Source: a virus (lineage: Duplodnaviria > Caudoviricetes). From it: 35,354 nt of DNA. Shown one piece after another: positions 1 through 8,689 of this stretch. The stretch lies in the IMG/VR virus record IMGVR_UViG_3300011437_000017, positions 1 to 35,354 of that record. One strand, given 5' to 3'. Position 1 is the stretch's first letter; the number at the start of each line of letters is the position of its first letter. The notes under the pieces were generated by a model. That model did no database searches. It saw only the letters and a list, made by a program, of their open reading frames with translations, and had not been told where the DNA came from. The position numbers were made by a program, and so were the translations under genes.

Positions 1-350
1 ATCGTGATGATTTTCTTTTTGAAGTCAACTTCAACCTGGACTGGCTGGAGAACGCCGCCATCAACTGACATTTCGTCTTCTACAGTCCATACCGAGAGTT
101 CGGGTTTCCACATGAAGTAGCCGTCAGTGTCTTTAAACAGTTCATGCACTTCGGTTTCCTCGTCTTCATCCAATAGTTCCCATGTTATTTCTAACTGCAA
201 AGAGTCAATGCCATGAGTGATATCCGAGATTCCCCATGACTTGTACTCGACATCAGAGTGCCAGTTTACCTCGCAGTTCTTGAGTGTTACGTCAATGTTG
301 TCATCGAGTCCATAGAAGTCTATATCAACATTTTTAGTTATAAAGTTCAT
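1..350 (-). CDS. Acidic hypothetical phage protein (partial, runs off window start; not in ORF track)
   Basis: ATG at 350 overlaps the stop of 347..547; frame MNFITKNVDIDFYGLDDNIDVTLKNCEVNW... stays open to the window edge. Confidence 0.75.
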   Translation of the reverse strand, partial: MNFITKNVDIDFYGLDDNIDVTLKNCEVNWHSDVEYKSWGISDITHGIDSLQLEITWELLDEDEETEVHELFKDTDGYFMWKPELSVWTVEDEMSVDGGVLQPVQVEVDFKKKIIT

Positions 351-547
351 AATGAATAGTTTATGTAGAGTGTTTCTGTGTTTCGCACTCTACGGGTTTG
401 AGGATGAATGAACTGATCGTACCCGCAGTAAAGCTGCCATCCGTTTCTTTCGCACCAGCGGATGAACCGCCTTTTTTTTCTTGTGGAAATCGGAAGTTTG
501 AGCCACTTGTACTCAAAGTTTCCGTCATCATTTCTGTTGTTTCTCAT
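347..547 (-). CDS. Small basic hypothetical protein
   Basis: Coupled by overlaps to both neighbours. Confidence 0.6.
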   Translation of the reverse strand: MRNNRNDDGNFEYKWLKLPISTRKKRRFIRWCERNGWQLYCGYDQFIHPQTRRVRNTETLYINYSL

Positions 548-783
548 TTGTTAAAGGGGATTAAGTAGTCTTTACAATGTTTTACTGATACGAGTCGCTC
601 CATAATTGCGAAGGCGCCATCACGTGAGGCGAATTTACCCTCGACAAATACGAATTTTGAGCCAGTGTGATATACCCTCACCATGTACACCTCGCCTTCA
701 ACGAGGCGGGTGTAGTTTGAGTGATTGGGTTCGGGGGAAGTAGCTCTCGCCATGTACTTCCAGGATCTAACTGTCTGCGTCAT
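544..783 (-). CDS. Hypothetical protein
   Basis: ATGA overlaps on both sides. Confidence 0.7.
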   Translation of the reverse strand: MTQTVRSWKYMARATSPEPNHSNYTRLVEGEVYMVRVYHTGSKFVFVEGKFASRDGAFAIMERLVSVKHCKDYLIPFNK

Positions 784-953
784 GACCTACCATCCTTGTT
801 TTTATAGAGTATTACGATTGCCTCGATGTACTGGTTCATTTCTTTTCGCTGCTTTGACTTTTCAAAGTCCTCGTCTTCAATCATGAGTTCTTTGTTTTTC
901 TCATACAACGAATACCAAGTGACCATTAGTTGGTCGACTACTTTTTCGAACAT
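780..953 (-). CDS. 57-aa hypothetical protein (below ORF-track cutoff)
   Basis: MFEKVVDQLMVTWYSLYEKNKELMIEDEDFEKSKQRKEMNQYIEAIVILYKNKDGRS*; fills the gap exactly, with an ATGA overlap at 780-783. Confidence 0.7.
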   Translation of the reverse strand: MFEKVVDQLMVTWYSLYEKNKELMIEDEDFEKSKQRKEMNQYIEAIVILYKNKDGRS

Positions 954-1123
954 ATCGACCTCCTTAGTAATTGAAGCGTTAAGTCAATATGTGTTTGCGC
1001 AGATTCGAGAGTGTCATGTTTGAATCTGTTTAGTACGACAAACTCATTGCCGTCTTTCTCTATGATACAGCCCTTGTACTTAATGTAGGTGGCTGCTATC
1101 ACTTTTGCTAACTGTTCGTTCAT
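938..1123 (-). CDS. Hypothetical protein
   Basis: A-rich leader; packed in operon; YIKYKGCIIEK...TLESAQTHID pattern typical of small phage proteins. Confidence 0.7.
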   Translation of the reverse strand: MNEQLAKVIAATYIKYKGCIIEKDGNEFVVLNRFKHDTLESAQTHIDLTLQLLRRSICSKK

Positions 1124-1141
1124 TTGTCTGTTTTTTAAGAT

Positions 1142-1420
1142 TTAAGAATACATCATTTGAGAATCCATATCAGCAGCAGAATACCACTCGCCATTAACTC
1201 CCTGAACCGCCGGAGCGTAGTAGGCGTTTACAACAGATTGGTGATGCTTAGTGAATACCTTTTGAAGATTCGGTGGCATTGCTTCAAACATCAATTCTAC
1301 TCTGTGGCACTCGTGCTTTTTGGTGCGGCCGAGTGGGCAAATATCTTGATTTGCCAGGAATTGGGCTTTGCGCTTAATTGTCGCAAGCTGCTTAGTGTAA
1401 CGTTTTGCTCTGTGTGTCAT
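1142..1420 (-). CDS. Hypothetical protein (start re-assigned to MTHRAKRY at 1420)
   Basis: A-rich leader AAAAACAAAGAAC-ATG; a promoter occupies the longer ORF's 5' extension. Confidence 0.7.
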   Translation of the reverse strand: MTHRAKRYTKQLATIKRKAQFLANQDICPLGRTKKHECHRVELMFEAMPPNLQKVFTKHHQSVVNAYYAPAVQGVNGEWYSAADMDSQMMYS

Positions 1421-1447
1421 GTTCTTTGTTTTTAAATTTGTTATACA

Positions 1448-1477
1448 CAAATTTACAATAGTTTTTCCACATGGCAA
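1448..1477 (-). promoter_or_regulatory. Bacteroidota sigma-A-type promoter (-7 TAAATTTG, -33 TTG, 19-bp spacer)
   Basis: Minus-strand TTG at 1477-1475 and TAAATTTG at 1455-1448, about 28 nt upstream of ATG 1420. Confidence 0.6.
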
Positions 1478-1488
1478 TCATTCAAATG

Positions 1489-1998
1489 TTAATGTATTGT
1501 TAATGCTTTAAAATACATCAGGAACATATCTTCAGCCATTCTCGAAGTCAAAAACTCTTTGTATTCTCTATTTTGGTCAAAAAGCATTATCTCATTCCAT
1601 TCCCTTTCGAGCATGGCGTCATCTATAAAAGCTATTTTCATGCTCATCGGAAACTCGAAATTAAATTTTTCAGATATAACTTTCATGAGATTGTACTCCA
1701 ATTTTCTATATTGCGGAATAAGCCCTTTAATTGGTCTCGGAATGTCCATGAGATATGCTTCACTCGCGTCATGAAGTAGAGCCGAAAGCTTATCTTCTTG
1801 TTTGGCGAGTTCCATACATCGAATAGAGTGTTCTGCGACAGAATAAAATCTTGGCAGATGCCCACCGAATCTACACTGCATCGAAAGCGAGTGAGCTATA
1901 TCCTCAATGCAAATCATTTCTGGTGTTGGGTTAAGAACATTCACGTAAATTCCAGTGAATGTTCTTATGCAATTTGGTTCAAATAAGTTTTCTTTCAT
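1489..1998 (-). CDS. HD-domain phosphohydrolase (YfbR/5'-deoxynucleotidase-like)
   Basis: IEDIAHSLS..CRFGGH..FYSVAEHS..LLHDASEAY.MDIPRPIK motif series. Confidence 0.9.
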   Translation of the reverse strand: MKENLFEPNCIRTFTGIYVNVLNPTPEMICIEDIAHSLSMQCRFGGHLPRFYSVAEHSIRCMELAKQEDKLSALLHDASEAYLMDIPRPIKGLIPQYRKLEYNLMKVISEKFNFEFPMSMKIAFIDDAMLEREWNEIMLFDQNREYKEFLTSRMAEDMFLMYFKALTIH

Positions 1999-2495
1999 GA
2001 TGCTGCGTATAAGAATTCTTTCATAAATCGAGGCAGTGGTTGATCGTTTAAGAACCAGTCAGTAAGTCCAATTTTGTCTTTCCATATCAAGACTTTTGGG
2101 TTCTTTGCTTTCTGTGTTTCCTTGAACGTCGCCATGAAAACGTAGGATTTTCTCTTTAAATCAGGACGCTCCTTTAAAATGATAGAGACGCATTCTTTAA
2201 CAGTCATAAACCGATTATTTTCTTTGAGGATTTCCTGGATTCTGTCAATCCATCTGAAAAATACCTTTGGCTTATGTGGTTGTTTTCTAATAGTAGCTTG
2301 CGCACCGATCAACTCTGAAATAGCCTGTTTATTTTCGTCTATTTGAGCTTTGAGAATATCGACCCTGTACTTCTGATCATTGTAGTCTTTTTCAAGCTCT
2401 TTTAATGTAGGGAGTCGAGTCGTTAGTTCTTTGCCGAATTCTATGATCTCTGTTTCCAGGATGGAGATTACCTTTTGCTTTTGCCTGCTGTTCAT
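1995..2495 (-). CDS. Coiled-coil plus putative winged-HTH protein
   Basis: N-terminal heptad coiled coil, basic linker, then WIDRIQEILKENNRFMTVKECVSII (wHTH-like start). Confidence 0.55.
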   Translation of the reverse strand: MNSRQKQKVISILETEIIEFGKELTTRLPTLKELEKDYNDQKYRVDILKAQIDENKQAISELIGAQATIRKQPHKPKVFFRWIDRIQEILKENNRFMTVKECVSIILKERPDLKRKSYVFMATFKETQKAKNPKVLIWKDKIGLTDWFLNDQPLPRFMKEFLYAAS

Positions 2496-2496
2496 G

Positions 2497-2736
2497 TTAT
2501 TGTAGTTTATGTTTTAAATACTCATTAAATGTCTTTTTATTAATAATGCCATGCTTGATCTTGTCATTAATAACTTTTGTTACTTTATCCTGCATTGACA
2601 CAGATGCTGCTCTTATATCGAGAACGGTATTTCTGTCATACTTGGTGTCTTTTAATGCTATGTCGCAATCTGTAATAAATGCTTCTAAAGCCATTTTGGT
2701 TACTGCGAATTCTCTTGCCGTGATAATCATTTGCAT
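2497..2736 (-). CDS. Hypothetical helical protein (paralog of 2740..2979)
   Basis: Tightly packed ORF; shared TxxExAxxxMALxxFI motif. Confidence 0.7.
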   Translation of the reverse strand: MQMIITAREFAVTKMALEAFITDCDIALKDTKYDRNTVLDIRAASVSMQDKVTKVINDKIKHGIINKKTFNEYLKHKLQ

Positions 2737-2739
2737 AGT

Positions 2740-2979
2740 TTAATTTTTAGGGAGTACGTATTGGTTTTCTTCTTCTGGAGTCATTGGCTCTAACTTTACA
2801 GTGGTGCCTAAAAGCTGAATCATTTTTTCTTTTGCGGAAGTGGCTGTTTGTATCATTTCCAGGATTAGCCCCTTTGCTTCTAACGTGAAGGGCTCTTCTT
2901 CAAGCCCCTGTTCAGATACTTCGATGAATGACAGTAAAGCCATCTGAATGATAGCTGCTTCGCCTTTTGTAAGTTTCAT
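2740..2979 (-). CDS. Hypothetical helical protein (paralog of 2497..2736)
   Basis: Tightly packed ORF; shared TxxExAxxxMALxxFI motif. Confidence 0.7.
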   Translation of the reverse strand: MKLTKGEAAIIQMALLSFIEVSEQGLEEEPFTLEAKGLILEMIQTATSAKEKMIQLLGTTVKLEPMTPEEENQYVLPKN

Positions 2980-2980
2980 A

Positions 2981-3172
2981 TTACTTGTTTTTTTTGTTTA
3001 AAAAATTGCAAATAGATAAAGCTATTGCTCTGCCATAAACAATAGCGACTTTTATATTATTTTGTCTTATATAATATACTTCTTTTTTGCCTTTTTGAAA
3101 AACCTCGTACATATTACTTGTTTTTAAATGTGACATTTTTGTAGACTCCGTATTTCTCTGCCAACTCAACAA
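2981..3172 (-). CDS. Small hypothetical protein (true start probably MYEVFQ, ~3112)
   Basis: Fills the gap between 2979 and 3114. Confidence 0.5.
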   Translation of the reverse strand: MLSWQRNTESTKMSHLKTSNMYEVFQKGKKEVYYIRQNNIKVAIVYGRAIALSICNFLNKKNK

Positions 3173-3299
3173 TAGATTGAGCTATTATGTAGCAATGAGG
3201 CATCATAGACATTGCCACTATTAATTTAGCGATAAACTCCTTTCGCTCCCTGTCAGAAAGGGTTAGATACGATTGTAGCTCCTGAGTTTCCATTTCCAT
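3114..3299 (-). CDS. Hypothetical protein
   Basis: Overlaps the primase 3' end; helical small ORF. Confidence 0.55.
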   Translation of the reverse strand: MEMETQELQSYLTLSDRERKEFIAKLIVAMSMMPHCYIIAQSIVELAEKYGVYKNVTFKNK

Positions 3300-5433
3300 A
3301 TGTTCTATTTATTTTTTTTATCTGCCATTTCTTTTTTACACTGCCATATTCCTTAACAGCCTTGCTTTCAAATCCCTGTTTACTTAACTGCTTTCCAATT
3401 GCATCAATAGATAATCTTTGATTTGTCAGCATCTCGATTTCAACCTTGATTTCTGAAGCTGTCATCATTTCATCTGGATTTTCATTAGTATAGTACTTCA
3501 TCAATAACTCTCTTTCTAATGTTACAGCCTCGAATTCAAACTCATGAGTACGTAGGTACGTAATATCATCGCCGAGTACAGTCCAGTTAAATCCACTTCT
3601 CCACAAAAAATAAGCTTCCTTAAATAATTCTCGTTTTTCTATTGAATTATACAGCTTGTGATTTATAGCTTTTACATTTACTGGAATTATCCGCCTATTT
3701 TCATTATCTCTAAGAATATTTTTTGTATTAGTTGTTGCACATAAACAAGCTAATCTACCTAATGATACGTTTATTCTACCATATGGCTCTCGTAAGTCAA
3801 ACCATTGCTTAGACGTTAATTCCTTTAGCCGCTGCTCTTCCTTTTTACTCTTTCCACTCATTTCGTCATCCATTATAAACCACTTCTGAGTCATTAGGAT
3901 TTCGTCATCTTTTCCAGCATCAAGTTTACTCTCCGCATAATACTTTTTCATTTCCTTTGGTAATAACCTGCGAAACCACTCTGTTTTTCCAGTCCCATGT
4001 TTCTCACCAGATAATACAAACATCAAAGGAGAATGTTCTCCAAAAGCGCAAGATATAGAACCAACCAACCACTTCTTGAAAAAGTAATTTGTAAACTCTG
4101 GAGCATCATTAATTATAGATTCAGACATCTTGTCAATTAATGGACTCTTAAAGCTTTTATCTTCTTCATATTCATTATCAAATTGAGATAAAAATCTAGT
4201 TATTGGATTATAACCTGCAACATAGTCAGACATTATAAGCCGCTCAAATATATCATAACTTAAGTTATTAAGTACTTTTTTTGCGGCAATATACATAGTA
4301 TTCAAGTCTCGCTGTTCCAATTGTTCACCGCCTACCTTTTCAATAAACCTACTAATCACGTTTCGTTCTAGTTTATAATTAGCAGACATATACAGTTCAA
4401 GCTGGTCGAGAATTGAGTCTCCGTCGCCCATAGAAACTGCATTGTCAAATACCTCATCAATTACAGACTCAACTCCTTTTATATCCTCTTTAGCAAGTAT
4501 CTCCGCAATTTGCTTCTTACCCAATCCAGCAACTTTCGAGTTAATGATAACTCGTTTTATCTTTTGCGTTTTTTCAGAAGATATTTTAACTCCAGCTTCT
4601 TTACAGTAATAATAAAACGTAGAAATCGTTGCAAGCTTAAGTGTTGCAGTTCTTTTTATCGAATAGTTAAACTGTTTGTCAGTTCGCAATCTCGAATACT
4701 TTTCCGATATTGATGAGATCACATGGTAGTATTCTCTTCCGCCCTCACCGAACTTATCAGCAAACGCAAATCCTATCTTAACCCACCTATCATAATCATC
4801 GCACAGATTTATTCTTTTTGTGGAAACCTGTTGCAGTATTTCTTTAAAATCGTCTTGCACATAAGCGAAATTAAGTATCTTTTCTACCTTAATTTCCTTT
4901 ACATATTGTAAGAACATTGGCACCTCAGTATCAGATATGTAAATATTTGGGTCATAGGTAACACCAAAAGGCTTACTTACGCTAATACTCTGTGGGTCGC
5001 ATATCTGATTATAGGTTTTCAATAAGTAGTTTGCCAAACCTAGATACGACTCCCTATGTTTAAGAGGATTGACTCTAAACAACGTAGTCAGTCCATGCCC
5101 ACCGCTTGACAAGAAGCAGGCATAAGCATATTTATCATTCTTCATTAGCTCCTTGACGATTTCAGGTTCTTCCAAATCGTCAAAGTCGATTGCTATATAT
5201 CCACTGTGCTCAAGAAGGCTTGCGTTCTCCCGCTTCGCAAATGTGCCTGAGAACGTAACCCTATTCAGGCTTTCCTTTAATTTTTTGTAGATTTTTTCAT
5301 CTTTTTCATTTCGTAGTTTATGTATCAGGTCTTCGTATCTTCCATCACGAACTTCTATTAGGTACGCTTCGAGGGGAAAATTTCCCTTAGGCTCAGTATT
5401 ATAAACTGAGCCAAACAGTGAAATTACTGACAT
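3253..5433 (-). CDS. Primase-helicase: BT4734/VirE N-terminal domain, PriCT-2, VirE/VapE P-loop domain
   Basis: TFSGTF..SGYIAIDFDDL..SSGGHG (VirE_N); YDRWVKIGFA..GREYYH (PriCT-2); Walker A GEKHGTGKT, Walker B IMDDE, LREPYG, CATTN, NRR. Confidence 0.9.
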   Translation of the reverse strand: MSVISLFGSVYNTEPKGNFPLEAYLIEVRDGRYEDLIHKLRNEKDEKIYKKLKESLNRVTFSGTFAKRENASLLEHSGYIAIDFDDLEEPEIVKELMKNDKYAYACFLSSGGHGLTTLFRVNPLKHRESYLGLANYLLKTYNQICDPQSISVSKPFGVTYDPNIYISDTEVPMFLQYVKEIKVEKILNFAYVQDDFKEILQQVSTKRINLCDDYDRWVKIGFAFADKFGEGGREYYHVISSISEKYSRLRTDKQFNYSIKRTATLKLATISTFYYYCKEAGVKISSEKTQKIKRVIINSKVAGLGKKQIAEILAKEDIKGVESVIDEVFDNAVSMGDGDSILDQLELYMSANYKLERNVISRFIEKVGGEQLEQRDLNTMYIAAKKVLNNLSYDIFERLIMSDYVAGYNPITRFLSQFDNEYEEDKSFKSPLIDKMSESIINDAPEFTNYFFKKWLVGSISCAFGEHSPLMFVLSGEKHGTGKTEWFRRLLPKEMKKYYAESKLDAGKDDEILMTQKWFIMDDEMSGKSKKEEQRLKELTSKQWFDLREPYGRINVSLGRLACLCATTNTKNILRDNENRRIIPVNVKAINHKLYNSIEKRELFKEAYFLWRSGFNWTVLGDDITYLRTHEFEFEAVTLERELLMKYYTNENPDEMMTASEIKVEIEMLTNQRLSIDAIGKQLSKQGFESKAVKEYGSVKKKWQIKKINRTYGNGNSGATIVSNPF

Positions 5434-5460
5434 TATTTTTAGTTAGTTTATTTCAAATGA

Positions 5461-5494
5461 GAAATTGCAGCGGAATTTTTGCTCCGCTGCTTTC
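5461..5494 (-). other. GC-rich hairpin between helicase and primase (possible attenuator/terminator)
   Basis: GCAGCGGA-N8-TCCGCTGC perfect 8-bp inverted repeat; weak U-tract. Confidence 0.45.
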
Positions 5495-5520
5495 TTGCTG
5501 TTCCATAGGGATATTAGTTT

Positions 5521-7128
5521 TTACGCTACGTACTCGAGCCGTATTGTATTCTTAAATTCGTAATACTTATTAAAGTTATACTTTGCTAATTCCATGTGCC
5601 ACCTTCTATCAAACCAGCGTTCAGGAAAAGCTTGCTTGTACCATCTTTCTACAAATCCGAAATAGATGTCGAATAACTGATTCTTTTTCGTCTCGGTCAT
5701 TTCCATGCTCTCCTCCGCTCTGTCGATCATCTTCACCGCTGCTTCGAAGAAAGCCGAATAGCTTCCTCGTTTTACGTTATTCATAAGTCTTTCCAAATCA
5801 GGGTCATCTGTAACAGTTACCCATTCAAGTAACATTTGCTGCTCCTCGTGCTTCTTCCTGTCAAAGATATGGTCGCACTCTTCCCCAGTTTCCGGTAGAA
5901 TCATTCCGCATTTTATCTTAGCTGCGTGTACATAGCATCCGCACTTTGGACACTCTTTCATAGGAGCTATTCCATCTTTTGGAACATCTGGATTATGAAA
6001 GATATATCTCCAATCCCTATCCTCACTCCAATCGCCATGAGTAATACAGTTAGCACCCATGTCAATTATCTGAAATCTTGATTTAGGCTTAATTGTATAG
6101 GGATATTTATACTGGTGCTCGTTAATCCACTTCTGGTCAATTGGGCGACTACCTCTTCCGCACATTTGCAACCAGAGTGCCATCGAGGTTGTTGCCCTGT
6201 TTACTATTACAGTTTCAATAGTTGGCTCATCAAAACCTAGCGTTGCAATACCTACATTACATAGAACTGCATTTGGCGTCTCATGAAACCACTTGAATAT
6301 TGCTCGACGCTCATCTTCTGGTGTTGTACCATCTACGTGCTTGCATGGAATGTCGAATAGACCAAATGTTCTAGTCATTTCAATACTGTGCTCAATATTT
6401 ACATTAAACACTATTGTTTTCTTTTGTCTTGAAAACCTCATGTACGCCGTAAATGTACTCATTATGTACTTAGTTTTCATGAACTCTTCTGCCATGATAC
6501 TAATGTCATAATCACCTGTTGCTGCAATTGCCAACTTAGCTTTATCAATTACATCTTTTGGCGAGCGAGTTACGTTCTGTGCAAGGCTGCCATACTTAAT
6601 TAATGTTTTGATAGAAGGTCCGCAAGACAAGACAGAATAATACTTATTCATCGGCTCTTTCTTACTACTAGATAATGGAGTTGCAGTAAAACCAATAATC
6701 ATTTCTTTAGTAAACTGCCTGTGAAGTTTATTAAACGAGGCATTGTGCGCTTCATCAATAATAACTAATCCGATATTCATGTCTTCTGCTACTATGGCTT
6801 CGAATCGTTTACTAACTGATTCAACCATACCTATGTACGCTGGTGCAAATTCTACCCATTTGGTGCCTGCCTTGATTAGCGACATACTCTCACCAAAGAT
6901 ACTTTCCATCGTTGCTTTTGTCTGATACATTAACTCCTCACGATGAACTAGGATTAATGTTTTCTTTCCTGTCTTATGATAATACCTGTGTGCCAACTTA
7001 CTAAACATTACTGTCTTTCCACCGCCGGTAGGTAACTGACATAAAACATTTTTGTACTTTCCAAGATACCTGACTATTTCGTCAATCTGGTCTTCCTGGT
7101 ACTGACGTTCCTGAAATTGATGCAACAT
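5521..7128 (-). CDS. SF2 DEAD/DEAH-box helicase (RadD/YejH-like) with Zn-ribbon
   Basis: LPTGGGKT, DEAH, TATP, LQMCGRGSR, DMGAN..HG, CPKC...C...C. Confidence 0.93.
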   Translation of the reverse strand: MLHQFQERQYQEDQIDEIVRYLGKYKNVLCQLPTGGGKTVMFSKLAHRYYHKTGKKTLILVHREELMYQTKATMESIFGESMSLIKAGTKWVEFAPAYIGMVESVSKRFEAIVAEDMNIGLVIIDEAHNASFNKLHRQFTKEMIIGFTATPLSSSKKEPMNKYYSVLSCGPSIKTLIKYGSLAQNVTRSPKDVIDKAKLAIAATGDYDISIMAEEFMKTKYIMSTFTAYMRFSRQKKTIVFNVNIEHSIEMTRTFGLFDIPCKHVDGTTPEDERRAIFKWFHETPNAVLCNVGIATLGFDEPTIETVIVNRATTSMALWLQMCGRGSRPIDQKWINEHQYKYPYTIKPKSRFQIIDMGANCITHGDWSEDRDWRYIFHNPDVPKDGIAPMKECPKCGCYVHAAKIKCGMILPETGEECDHIFDRKKHEEQQMLLEWVTVTDDPDLERLMNNVKRGSYSAFFEAAVKMIDRAEESMEMTETKKNQLFDIYFGFVERWYKQAFPERWFDRRWHMELAKYNFNKYYEFKNTIRLEYVA

Positions 7129-7151
7129 AAACTACTCTTTTTATGTGTATT

Positions 7152-7421
7152 TTAAAATAAAGATGCCTGATTCGTATGTGTAGCAACGGCTGTTTTCTTT
7201 TTGTGGCTACCTGTCTTTTTTTCCTTGATTGCGAAAATTAAAGCGCCAACCTCATCCGTTTCTTTTACTTTCGTTATCCTAGTAATGAATAATTCGCCTG
7301 TACGCAGGTTGCGATATACAGAGAACTCATCGTCGTGTTTCTTAACGAACTCCAACGTATCATTCTTTAGCGCAATCACTCGCCTCGTGTACATGGTAAT
7401 ATCTTCAATACAGATAATCAT
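7152..7421 (-). CDS. Hypothetical protein (SH3-like beta domain) with C-terminal QASLF
   Basis: Beta-rich N-terminal part, basic linker, ends NQASLF*. Confidence 0.65.
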   Translation of the reverse strand: MIICIEDITMYTRRVIALKNDTLEFVKKHDDEFSVYRNLRTGELFITRITKVKETDEVGALIFAIKEKKTGSHKKKTAVATHTNQASLF

Positions 7422-7587
7422 AAAGTAATTCGTGTTTAAGGTCTCCGTCTTCGTTTATATCTTCCAATTGTTCTTCAGTAGCTTCTTCACCATCAATTAG
7501 GCATCGAACTACAAAAGCGTCGCAGTAGTCAGGCGCATCCCAATGGAATACATCCTCGAACTCAACTTCTGTGATTTTCAAGTTCAT
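7405..7587 (-). CDS. Highly acidic small phage protein
   Basis: DxPDyCDAF motif; about 19 D/E versus 3 K/R in 60 aa. Confidence 0.75.
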   Translation of the reverse strand: MNLKITEVEFEDVFHWDAPDYCDAFVVRCLIDGEEATEEQLEDINEDGDLKHELLYDYLY

Positions 7588-7832
7588 CGTGATAAATTTT
7601 CTGCGTGATTCCGAATGTAGCGGAAAAGTTGTTCAGATGTAGTTGTGTTTGTCCACTTAAGTAACGCAATTTTCTCATCGAGAGTCATTAAACTGTAGTA
7701 CTTCGCAAGGTGTGCCTTCATCGCAGTGTACAGGACAATCTTAACCATGTCCTGGAAGTGAGCGTCTGGGGATTTTATTGTATTTTTTTCCATATACGCA
7801 ATATAAGCTAGATAATCCGAGTAAAAAAACAT
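7584..7832 (-). CDS. Hypothetical protein (start uncertain, possibly MEKNT)
   Basis: ATGA overlap with the downstream gene. Confidence 0.6.
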   Translation of the reverse strand: MFFYSDYLAYIAYMEKNTIKSPDAHFQDMVKIVLYTAMKAHLAKYYSLMTLDEKIALLKWTNTTTSEQLFRYIRNHAENLSR

Positions 7833-7849
7833 TATTCGTTAAATAAATG

Positions 7850-8542
7850 TTAAAATAACGAAATCTGCTCGGCATCAAAAGCGGTAGGATAGTTAGACCA
7901 GATAGCCTCAACGGTTTTCTTAACAGTTCCATTTAACTTAACAACAGGTTTGAATGGCATCCAAGTAGCATTAGTATTCTCGCAAATAATTATCTGTCCA
8001 TTTCTTTCTTTGCACCATTTGGCTAGATATGAGTAGCTAATGTTATGGCACACATAGTGTTCTCCGCCTTTTTGATAAGGCGGGTCTATAAACCAAGTCG
8101 CCTCATCATTCGGCAATTCATAGTATGTACCTTCAACAATAGTCCAATGCCGTATCTTTTCTAAACAACTTGCAACATACTTTTTTCTCGAGTCCATATC
8201 ACCATCAGAAAACTCTGTTACAGTTTGACCTGGTGCTGCCGCCGAGGTCTGACAAAAGAATCCGACTAACCAAAACGCTTCATCACAGTCAAAATCCTTT
8301 CGCTTTATGACATTTCCTTTTGAAAGATTTGGTAAACTCATTATGTCTTTAATAGAACATTTCTGAAGCCATTTCCATAATCTGGCTACAACTTCGTACC
8401 TATCACACAAAGTTACATCATGTTCCCAGTGATGAAGAGAATAGGCAGCCGCTCCAGCGAATGGCTCAATAATTTTTTTAAACTTTGGATGAGGATATCT
8501 CGGAGCAAGTAATTTCTTCGTTCCATAATAGGACCAACACAT
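7850..8542 (-). CDS. DNA adenine methyltransferase (Dam/D12-class); start re-assigned to MCWSYYG at 8542
   Basis: SYYGTK, IIEPFAGAA (motif I), FIDPPY (motif IV); a hairpin occupies the longer 5' extension. Confidence 0.88.
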   Translation of the reverse strand: MCWSYYGTKKLLAPRYPHPKFKKIIEPFAGAAAYSLHHWEHDVTLCDRYEVVARLWKWLQKCSIKDIMSLPNLSKGNVIKRKDFDCDEAFWLVGFFCQTSAAAPGQTVTEFSDGDMDSRKKYVASCLEKIRHWTIVEGTYYELPNDEATWFIDPPYQKGGEHYVCHNISYSYLAKWCKERNGQIIICENTNATWMPFKPVVKLNGTVKKTVEAIWSNYPTAFDAEQISLF

Positions 8543-8561
8543 AGGCAATAATTTAGTTTTT

Positions 8562-8590
8562 AAAAAGCCGAAGGGTAGAAACCCTCTGGC
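8562..8590 (-). terminator. Terminator-like hairpin with T-TTCT-A loop (copy 1)
   Basis: GCCAGAGGGT-TTCT-ACCCTTCGGC-TTTTT. Confidence 0.65.
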
Positions 8591-8620
8591 TAAATTTGAC
8601 ATAATAAAAATTCATGAATC

Positions 8621-8650
8621 AAAAAGACCCTAATATAGAAATATCAGGGG
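8621..8650 (-). terminator. Terminator-like hairpin with T-TTCT-A loop (copy 2)
   Basis: CCCTGATAT-TTCT-ATATTAGGG-TCTTTTT. Confidence 0.65.
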
Positions 8651-8689
8651 ACTCTTTGGTGCTGCAAGGCAACCAAAACTACTTATACG

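Noticed and set aside
1489-1998. HD hydrolase as DatZ of a Z-base (2-aminoadenine) pathway
   Set aside because: No purZ, mazZ or polymerase in the window; this HD family is common in phages
8674-8681. TAGTTTTG as a -7 promoter box (also at 26274-26281)
   Set aside because: No -33 element, and each points directly into terminator-like hairpins; likely chance
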